From NCBI RefSeq assembly GCF_000299365.1, contig NC_018655.1, positions 1,170,001 to 1,202,000 on the forward strand: DNA of 32,000 bases. Reading direction: 5' to 3'. Positions within the stretch are counted from its first letter, which is position 1, and the number at the start of each line of letters is the position of its first letter. The position numbers and the translations under genes were made by a program. Shown here in pieces: positions 15,939 to 21,519 of this stretch. Source of the stretch: Candidatus Nitrosopumilus koreensis AR1 (GTDB lineage Archaea; Thermoproteota; Nitrososphaeria; Nitrososphaerales; Nitrosopumilaceae). A model generated the notes under the pieces. It was given only the letters and a program-made list of their open reading frames with translations, did no database searches and was not told where the DNA came from.

Positions 15939-16102
15939 GTCATAGATCACCTAGTTTGAACATGTGGAGAGTCCCTTCCTCTCCATATGTTTCAACTTTT
16001 GTTGGTCTATGTCATAGATGTTGGTCAAGCAATGTACCAATAACCTTGACTGAATCCTGTGATATATTGTGCAGTAAATGTATCGGAGAGAACTCTAAAT
16101 GA
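15911..16102 (+). CDS. Possible Cys-rich small protein
   Basis: 63 aa with CHRC and CSKC pairs. GAGGAG (15900-15905) lies 5 nt upstream of the ATG. It overlaps the previous ORF by 28 nt. Confidence 0.3.
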   Translation: MSHSRSTCISHRSPSLNMWRVPSSPYVSTFVGLCHRCWSSNVPITLTESCDILCSKCIGENSK

Positions 16103-16291
16103 TAAAACAGAGTGCCAGAACGAGCATTGACTGCAAACACTCTATTTTATTAAAAAACTATCAATCAAACAAATACTACTGCATAAAATGTGACATACAA
16201 TTTAACCTAAAAGAGGAAAAATAAGCCATCCAAGATATTAAGAAGTCAAAATGAATCACTTTCTAACTTGTGATCAGACACAAATCTATAG

Positions 16292-16334
16292 AGTTTGAAT
16301 CTAAGTTATCTTGATTCAATAAAAATCACATCAA
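16292..16334. repeat. Direct repeat, copy B (43 bp)
   Basis: agtttgaatctaagttatcttgattcaataaaaatcacatcaa. On the minus strand it would read ...FDVIFIESR*, but no ORF leads into it. Confidence 0.85.
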
Positions 16335-16342
16335 AATGAGAA

Positions 16343-16420
16343 TTAAAAAAGAAGGATGCCAAATATTTGTGCAATTATTGCTGCGACAACCAAAATTAAA
16401 ATTTTTATTCCTAATTTCAT
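16343..16420 (-). CDS. Possible 25-aa hydrophobic micro-protein
   Basis: MKLGIKILILVVAAIIAQIFGILLF*. One TM-length hydrophobic stretch; no other support. Confidence 0.2.
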   Translation of the reverse strand: MKLGIKILILVVAAIIAQIFGILLF

Positions 16421-16449
16421 GTTAAATCATAAATCCATTAGTTAATGTT

Positions 16450-16977
16450 TCAAGATTCTTGTTCTTTGATAACATTTAATGTCATACTTGAAACAATATG
16501 AGGTATTTTTCTAATTGCTTTGGTAATAACATTGTCTAGTATTTCATCACTAGACGATTCAACAATACAAATAACATCATACAGTCCAAAAACAACATCA
16601 GCTTCTTTTACTTCAGGAATATGGCTCAGATCTTTCAGTATTGGATATTCTTCTCCTTTTTCACAATGAATAACGACGTAAGCTTTGACAATATTTTGTC
16701 CAAGCATTGCTCCAATTAGTTTATCAGATGGTTGAAACAGTTCTCCTGATTCTGAACGAATTAAGGTCATGGTAGAACGAATTTTTGGCATTTTACGAAT
16801 TTGTTTAGTAACTACTTGTTGAATTTTCTCTTCAGAGTCCAATTCAATTTGTGCAACAATGTCATAAAGGCCAAATGTACCATGAACACCTTTTATCCCT
16901 TCCATGTTTTTTAGGGATGAAATGATCTCTTTTTCTGAGCCCAAATTACAATTCATTAAGACATACGCTTTTGCCAT
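16450..16977 (-). CDS. Tandem Lrp/AsnC-type ligand-binding (RAM) domain protein without an HTH
   Basis: 175 aa made of two roughly 75-aa repeats (AYVLMNC..GSEKEI...V.G.FGLYDIVAQIE...IRKMPKIRSTMTL and AYVVIHC.KGEE....VVFGLYDVICIVE...IRKIPHIVSSMTL). GGAG lies 9 nt before the ATG. Confidence 0.7.
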   Translation of the reverse strand: MAKAYVLMNCNLGSEKEIISSLKNMEGIKGVHGTFGLYDIVAQIELDSEEKIQQVVTKQIRKMPKIRSTMTLIRSESGELFQPSDKLIGAMLGQNIVKAYVVIHCEKGEEYPILKDLSHIPEVKEADVVFGLYDVICIVESSSDEILDNVITKAIRKIPHIVSSMTLNVIKEQES

Positions 16978-17149
16978 TTCTATGAATCTCCTTTCAAAAT
17001 CAAAAAAACATCAAAAATTATATAATTTTGATCCATCATATTACTCCGACAGGGATAAAGAGAGATTTCAAAGTGACATGTACAATCAATGTTTCAAATT
17101 CCATTTAAGATACAGCAATTATAAAGGAAATTCTTTACTTTAACAAAAC

Positions 17150-17162
17150 TGAACATTGTTAA
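17150..17162. promoter_or_regulatory. Near-copy (12/13) of the island palindrome: TGAACATTGTTAA
   Basis: Read directly. It is followed by GTATGCCATAAATAG, which resembles the flanks of the other copies, but no ORF longer than 8 codons follows. Confidence 0.4.
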
Positions 17163-17245
17163 GTATGCCATAAATAGAAAACAAAAAACAGGTATGTTTT
17201 GATGAAATTCTTACATCAAAATGAATAAAACATCAGCATTCCAGA

Positions 17246-17329
17246 TTATTTTGTAACCATTACCAATGTTGCAATTATACCAAGTATTGCAATGAAAATC
17301 AATGTGTTTCGTATGTAGGATTTTCTCAT
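17246..17329 (-). CDS. Possible 27-aa single-pass membrane micro-protein
   Basis: MRKSYIRNTLIFIAILGIIATLVMVTK*. It starts 5 nt after the stop of the C2H2 ORF on the same strand. Confidence 0.25.
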   Translation of the reverse strand: MRKSYIRNTLIFIAILGIIATLVMVTK

Positions 17330-17334
17330 TAATG

Positions 17335-17499
17335 TTATTTTTCACGCTTTGGCTTTGAATGAGCCTTTATCATGTGTTTTTTTGTTCTTTCTGGATCGGT
17401 AAATTCCATATCGCAAATGGTGCATTTGTTAGAAAACGTTGTTTCTCTTTTCAGGATACTTTTTAGCTTATTTTTGTTAAAGGGTAATCGAGATTTCAT
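17335..17499 (-). CDS. 54-aa canonical C2H2 zinc-finger protein
   Basis: MKSRLPFNKNKLKSILKRETTFSNKCTICDMEFTDPERTKKHMIKAHSKPKREK*, i.e. C-x2-C-x12-H-x4-H. Not in the ORF track. Its ATG lies 35 nt from the palindrome at 17535-17547, with TTATAA in between. Confidence 0.55.
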   Translation of the reverse strand: MKSRLPFNKNKLKSILKRETTFSNKCTICDMEFTDPERTKKHMIKAHSKPKREK

Positions 17500-17534
17500 A
17501 ACAAATACAGAAATCAGAGATTATAAGGCATTGC

Positions 17535-17547
17535 TTAACATTGTTAA
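17535..17547. promoter_or_regulatory. Palindromic operator-like site TTAACATTGTTAA (copy 1)
   Basis: Exact 13-bp palindrome in the divergent region between the C2H2 ORF (minus) and the wHTH gene (plus). Confidence 0.6.
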
Positions 17548-17598
17548 TTATAACTACTAGGAACAATAGTTAAAGTGTCATTTATTCAATAGTACATA

Positions 17599-17931
17599 GT
17601 GGCCGAGCCAAAAAAATATAGAGATAGAATCTATATTGTAAAAGACATTATTCTTACACTTTCAGAATATGGGGAGTTGAATCAAACTGCATTGTTTAGT
17701 TTTTGTGGATTAAATATTTCAAAGCATAAACAAATTTTAGATAATCTAGAACAAAATGACATCATTCAACGAACAGAGAAAGTAGAAGGAAAAAGAGCTG
17801 TTACGATTTTTAAGGTCACTCCAAAAGGAATGAATTTTTGCCATGAAATATTGGAACCATATGAAAAACTATTTCCAAGAAGTGGTAAATCCTCGGATTC
17901 ATTAAATTTTGGATGCTTATTCTTCGTCTAG
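17599..17931 (+). CDS. Small winged-helix DNA-binding protein (archaeal wHTH type)
   Basis: 110 aa (GTG start). RDRIYIVKDIILTLSEYGELNQTALFSFCGLNISKHKQILDNLEQNDIIQRTEKVEGKRAVTIFKVTPKG has the helix-turn-helix plus beta-wing layout of small archaeal wHTH regulators. The family assignment is by pattern only. Confidence 0.55.
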   Translation: MAEPKKYRDRIYIVKDIILTLSEYGELNQTALFSFCGLNISKHKQILDNLEQNDIIQRTEKVEGKRAVTIFKVTPKGMNFCHEILEPYEKLFPRSGKSSDSLNFGCLFFV

Positions 17932-18285
17932 GTGATATTTTGAGGAGATGGCCTTATCCAAGTTTTCTCTTTTTTCCAGATAATTACAATATCGTTTGTT
18001 CCAGGAACTAAGAGATTTGAATTGCCGTATACCTGCAGATAACCAAACACCAGATGTGACCAGAACGACGGTTAACAAAATTATCAGCAATAATGCAAAA
18101 TCATACTCACTTTCAACCAAATGCAGGAATTTTGGATGAGTGACAAGATATAATGAAATTCCTATTGCAAGAGGGGCTAAAATCAGAGCAGATAATGAAA
18201 CACCAAGCATTAAATTTTTGAGTTGTTGAATTTTTTCAATAAAAAGATCCATAGAACTTAAAATATCGTTTCCAAAATCAGACAA
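17917..18285 (-). CDS. Hypothetical membrane protein (two predicted TM helices)
   Basis: 122-aa ORF (TTG start; an internal ATG is possible). Hydrophobic segments LGVSLSALILAPLAIGISLYLV and FALLLIILLTVVLVTSGVWL. It converges on and overlaps the wHTH 3' end by 15 nt. Confidence 0.45.
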   Translation of the reverse strand: MSDFGNDILSSMDLFIEKIQQLKNLMLGVSLSALILAPLAIGISLYLVTHPKFLHLVESEYDFALLLIILLTVVLVTSGVWLSAGIRQFKSLSSWNKRYCNYLEKRENLDKAISSKYHLDEE

Positions 18286-18397
18286 ACTTGTATACCTCTA
18301 ATGAACCAAAATTATTTCTTTTAATATATTTTTGATGAATTTTAATTGAGATATCAAAAATGTTTTGATTTTTCACTGTTTCTGTTGTGTATGTGTA

Positions 18398-18425
18398 GTA
18401 TTTAGGAAATACTTAACAATGTTAA
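18398..18425. repeat. Left arm of a 28-nt inverted repeat (contains palindrome copy 2, 18413-18425)
   Basis: The reverse complement ttaacattgttaagtatttcctaaatac matches 18765-18792 (ttaacattgttaagcatttcctaaatat) at 26/28 positions. Confidence 0.85.
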
Positions 18426-18460
18426 TTTAATTTTATTAGAAATTCATCATAATTGATTTT

Positions 18461-18565
18461 ATGACTGAGGATAATGATTTAGAGGAAGAAAATCTTGCAA
18501 CCAAGAAAAATAAAGACTGGTGGAGATTAGAAAAATTTCAGATAGGTAGGAAAAGGTTTTCATAA
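18461..18565 (+). CDS. Possible 34-aa charged micro-protein
   Basis: ATG 18461 lies 35 nt after palindrome copy 2, with TTTTATTA in between. MTEDNDLEEENLATKKNKDWWRLEKFQIGRKRFS*. It stops 2 nt before the next ATG. Confidence 0.3.
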   Translation: MTEDNDLEEENLATKKNKDWWRLEKFQIGRKRFS

Positions 18566-18567
18566 AC

Positions 18568-18768
18568 ATGGCATTTTCATGTAAAGGCATATGCGACTCA
18601 TTAATGGAAGAACCAGTTCCCAGCGGTTTACGCTACAAACTCGGGCAGAAGAGATGCACATTATGTGGTATTTTTGTTAAAACTACGAATCTAAGATGTC
18701 CTTGTTGTAATGCTCGCTTACGAACAAGATCAAGAAACAAAAAACATTCTAGAAAGCGTATCCATTAA
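18568..18768 (+). CDS. Small Cys-rich zinc-ribbon protein with a basic tail
   Basis: 66 aa with CTLC...CPCC knuckles and the C-terminal RLRTRSRNKKHSRKRIH. Its TAA stop lies inside palindrome copy 3. Confidence 0.5.
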   Translation: MAFSCKGICDSLMEEPVPSGLRYKLGQKRCTLCGIFVKTTNLRCPCCNARLRTRSRNKKHSRKRIH

Positions 18769-18792
18769 CATTGTTAAGCATTTCCTAAATAT
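18765..18792. repeat. Right arm of the 28-nt inverted repeat (contains palindrome copy 3, 18765-18777)
   Basis: ttaacattgttaagcatttcctaaatat, see the left arm. A 24-codon ORF (ATG 18814, MQSKLLQKGNNDNCCSILVFIYCH*) starts 36 nt after the palindrome. Confidence 0.85.
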
Positions 18793-18938
18793 CAAAAAAA
18801 TGAATCATAATTAATGCAGAGCAAACTACTCCAAAAAGGAAATAATGACAACTGTTGTTCTATCCTAGTTTTCATTTACTGCCATTAGACACGGTAATTT
18901 CCTTTTTGCTCCTGCAGTACCATTTATCTAAATTCGGG

Positions 18939-18951
18939 TTAACAATGTTAA
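18939..18951. promoter_or_regulatory. Palindromic site TTAACAATGTTAA (copy 4; extended GTTAACAATGTTAAC)
   Basis: Exact copy, 38 nt upstream of the DUF1059-like ATG, with GTATATTA in between. Confidence 0.6.
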
Positions 18952-18989
18952 CTGAAGTATATTACATACAAATCTGATAAAAATACAAA

Positions 18990-19154
18990 ATGGTAAAACT
19001 CAAGTGTGTTGATTATGGATTTGAATGTGATTTTGTAGCAGAGGGAGAGATGCAACAAGTAATTGATGAATTTGGACATCATACTGATGAAGAACACGGA
19101 ATTGATTATTCCAAAGAAGCTTTGATGCAATTTATCTTGAGAAAAACCACGTAA
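18990..19154 (+). CDS. DUF1059-like small metal-binding protein
   Basis: 54 aa, MVKLKCVDYGFECDFVAEGEMQQVIDEFGHHTDEEHGIDYSKEALMQFILRKTT*. The pattern M-x-[KF]-x-C-x-D-x-G-x-x-C-x-F ... H-x4-5-H-G is typical of that family. It replaces the antisense ORF-track entry 18948-19157. Confidence 0.6.
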   Translation: MVKLKCVDYGFECDFVAEGEMQQVIDEFGHHTDEEHGIDYSKEALMQFILRKTT

Positions 19155-19166
19155 CACAAATCAAGG

Positions 19167-19826
19167 ATGAATTTAATGATTGAATTTTTTGACCATAATC
19201 TAGTATTACAGTTCCTAGATTCTGTTTTTCTTCAAGGAGATGGAGGCATATTTGGATTTATGGGTAAAGGTCGAGATGCATTAGGTAGTGATGATCCCAT
19301 AGTAAAGGGGCTTATTCCAACATTATTTGGAGTGACTTTATTTGGAATTTTATTGAATTTCTTCAATTCTGCAGTTAGAAAGAAGATGGTTGATCAAACA
19401 AAACTAAAACGAATAATGAAGGAGACTCGTAGATGGCAAAAAGAAAGAATGGCTGCAATGCGAGCAAAAGATACTGCAAAAACAGCTGAACTAAACAAGA
19501 AATCTGCATACATGAACAAGATGTCAATGGAGATGATGCAGATGAATATGAGACCGATGATGATTACGTTCGTTCCTTTGATTTTGATTTTTTATTTGGT
19601 TTTGCCTCAATTATTTGCCCACACAGTTGCATTAAGTCCAATACCACTAAATGTGATTCCAGGTGATTTTTTTCACCTAACATGTACTGCTGAACAAGTA
19701 GCAGATCCAGACAATGTCTGCACCCAAGAAAATGCGTTATATCTTTGGGCATGGTATTTCCTTTCATCCATTGCATTTAGTGGAATAATTATGAAATTAA
19801 CCAAAACATCAATGGGGGCAGATTAA
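19167..19826 (+). CDS. DUF106 / EMC3-TMCO1-like integral membrane protein (archaeal YidC/Oxa1-like insertase candidate)
   Basis: 219 aa. A TM helix is followed by a long basic coiled region (KKMVDQTKLKRIMKETRRWQKERMAAMRAKDTAKTAELNKK), a Met-rich segment (MNKMSMEMMQMNMRPMM) and further TM helices. This is the characteristic DUF106 layout. Confidence 0.6.
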   Translation: MNLMIEFFDHNLVLQFLDSVFLQGDGGIFGFMGKGRDALGSDDPIVKGLIPTLFGVTLFGILLNFFNSAVRKKMVDQTKLKRIMKETRRWQKERMAAMRAKDTAKTAELNKKSAYMNKMSMEMMQMNMRPMMITFVPLILIFYLVLPQLFAHTVALSPIPLNVIPGDFFHLTCTAEQVADPDNVCTQENALYLWAWYFLSSIAFSGIIMKLTKTSMGAD

Positions 19827-19859
19827 AAATCTGAATCAAGTTCATAAACTTAAAAAAGA

Positions 19860-20015
19860 TTAATTATTATTTCTAAATGACCATTTTGTTTCTTCATGAG
19901 GCCTTACAAATTTTTCAGGAGAAACTTTACTATGATCACTTTTGATATGAGACATGTAATTTACAAGTGATGAGAAATTCTGATTGCATATTGGGCAGAC
20001 TTTTGTAAATCCCAT
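19860..20015 (-). CDS. 51-aa canonical C2H2 zinc-finger protein
   Basis: MGFTKVCPICNQNFSSLVNYMSHIKSDHSKVSPEKFVRPHEETKWSFRNNN*, i.e. C-x2-C-x12-H-x4-H. Not in the ORF track. Its ATG lies 35 nt from palindrome copy 5. Confidence 0.55.
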   Translation of the reverse strand: MGFTKVCPICNQNFSSLVNYMSHIKSDHSKVSPEKFVRPHEETKWSFRNNN

Positions 20016-20050
20016 AAGCATTATTGGAAAATATTTCTTTTAGAAGTTCC

Positions 20051-20063
20051 TTAACAATGTTAA
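20051..20063. promoter_or_regulatory. Palindromic site TTAACAATGTTAA (copy 5)
   Basis: Exact copy upstream of the minus-strand C2H2 ORF. Confidence 0.6.
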
Positions 20064-20207
20064 TTATCACATACATTTAGAAAAATTATTTCAACAGTAT
20101 ACTGCTTATGTTTTTCCAAACTCACTAATTCAACAATTAGCCAGTTAAATGAGCAAAAATGTCTACTTTGTAAACTATAAACCAACCCCAAATACTAAGT
20201 TAAAATT

Positions 20208-20245
20208 CTCTTGAGTGGGGCATCACATTCCACGCACTCGAAGAG
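20208..20245. other. GC-rich imperfect hairpin in intergenic DNA (candidate structured RNA or 5' UTR element)
   Basis: CTCTTGAGTG (20208-20217) pairs with CACTCGAAGAG (20235-20245), leaving one bulged G. The surrounding 45 nt are about 60% G+C by my count, against an AT-rich background. No ORF. Confidence 0.2.
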
Positions 20246-20350
20246 GTGCTTCCGCAGAAAACTCGATAATCAAATTACTCCAAAGTTGTTAAAAAGTATT
20301 CCTGATAATTGATTTGAGATTTTTATTGAGCAAAAATAGCATGAAAAAAT

Positions 20351-21007
20351 ATGAAAACAATTGCTGTAATCATAGCCATAATAATAGCATTCAGTCTGAC
20401 ATTATATCCATCTGCATATGCAGAGCCCTCTGTGGAGATAATTATGGAAAAAACAACTTACAGTTATTGTGAAAAATTATTCTATACAATCAATGTTTCA
20501 GAGATCACAGGAAATCCTGCAATTATTCACATCCGAGATGAAACAGGAAAAGGCAGTAGTGCAATACCTATTCCAATAACAGATTTACAAAATCCAGTAC
20601 CATCACGTGTTGCTTTTGAAAAAGAAATTTTTCCATTAGGAAAATATTTCATTGATGTAGAATATGAAGGAGTTCAAACCACAGCAGAGTTTGAATTAGT
20701 TGATTCAAACAAACCATGTATCCCAGAATTGATTAAACCAATAATGGCAAATTGGCTTTCAGGTAATATTTCTGATGGATTTTTAATTGACGCTTTTCAA
20801 AAATATGTTGACAGTCAAATAATAGACATACCTTTTGAAATTAACGAAACAAATGTTTATGACATCACTATTCCAGAATGGGTAAAAAATGTAGGATATT
20901 GGTGGATTGAAGGGGTGATATCAGATGATGATTTTGGACAAGCGGTAAATTACCTAATTGAGAAAAATATAATCAAAAATACAAGTCAGGCAGAAAACGA
21001 ATTATGA
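20351..21007 (+). CDS. Secreted hypothetical protein
   Basis: 218 aa with a signal peptide-like N-terminus (MKTIAVIIAIIIAFSLTLYPSAYA) and the C-terminal W-rich motif WVKNVGYWWIEGVISDDDFGQAVNYLIEKNII. Confidence 0.6.
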   Translation: MKTIAVIIAIIIAFSLTLYPSAYAEPSVEIIMEKTTYSYCEKLFYTINVSEITGNPAIIHIRDETGKGSSAIPIPITDLQNPVPSRVAFEKEIFPLGKYFIDVEYEGVQTTAEFELVDSNKPCIPELIKPIMANWLSGNISDGFLIDAFQKYVDSQIIDIPFEINETNVYDITIPEWVKNVGYWWIEGVISDDDFGQAVNYLIEKNIIKNTSQAENEL

Positions 21008-21519
21008 ACAAGTATTCAATCATCACAGTTATTGCAATCATAGTTATTGTTATTCCATTTGCACATTCTGGGTTAAGTATAGCAGGGATGCAGCAACTGG
21101 AATACAGATGGAATGGTCCTGGTGAATTTACTTTTTTTGCAATGTCAAATTCAGGAGATGTTGAATTTTGTAATACATTACCAATTTGGATGAGTTTTCA
21201 GAAATTTGAAATTGCAACATTTTATGAAAAAAATCATCTAGGATCATTTGTAGTAGGGCCAACCACCATCAACCCATTATCAGCAACAGTCAATGAGGGT
21301 GTTTTTACATCAGAAGAAATTACAGCAGCTCAACATAATTTTATGACATTTGATTTTGAATTTGATGGGGGAGATATCAGACTAGATCCTAATCAATTCA
21401 TAGTTGTGATCAGTTCAGAGACACCAATAATAGGAATAATCCCATATTCATCAACAACTCAGATTACAGGTTATGATTTTGATCAAAAGATGAATGTTAA
21501 TGATTTGACTTGTAACTAG
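21004..21519 (+). CDS. Membrane-anchored hypothetical protein
   Basis: 171 aa. ATGA overlap with the upstream gene. N-terminal TM (IITVIAIIVIVIPFA) followed by a beta-rich domain. Confidence 0.5.
   Translation: MNKYSIITVIAIIVIVIPFAHSGLSIAGMQQLEYRWNGPGEFTFFAMSNSGDVEFCNTLPIWMSFQKFEIATFYEKNHLGSFVVGPTTINPLSATVNEGVFTSEEITAAQHNFMTFDFEFDGGDIRLDPNQFIVVISSETPIIGIIPYSSTTQITGYDFDQKMNVNDLTCN

Noticed and set aside
17372-17560. 62-aa plus-strand ORF from the track
   Set aside because: The opposite strand (17335-17499) encodes a canonical C2H2 finger with the palindrome and TATA at the typical spacing. The plus-strand ORF would run through the palindromic site itself.
18948-19157. 69-aa minus-strand ORF from the track
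   Set aside because: The + strand frame at 18990-19154 encodes a recognisable DUF1059-like protein with a promoter-like element at the island-typical distance. The minus-strand product has no features.
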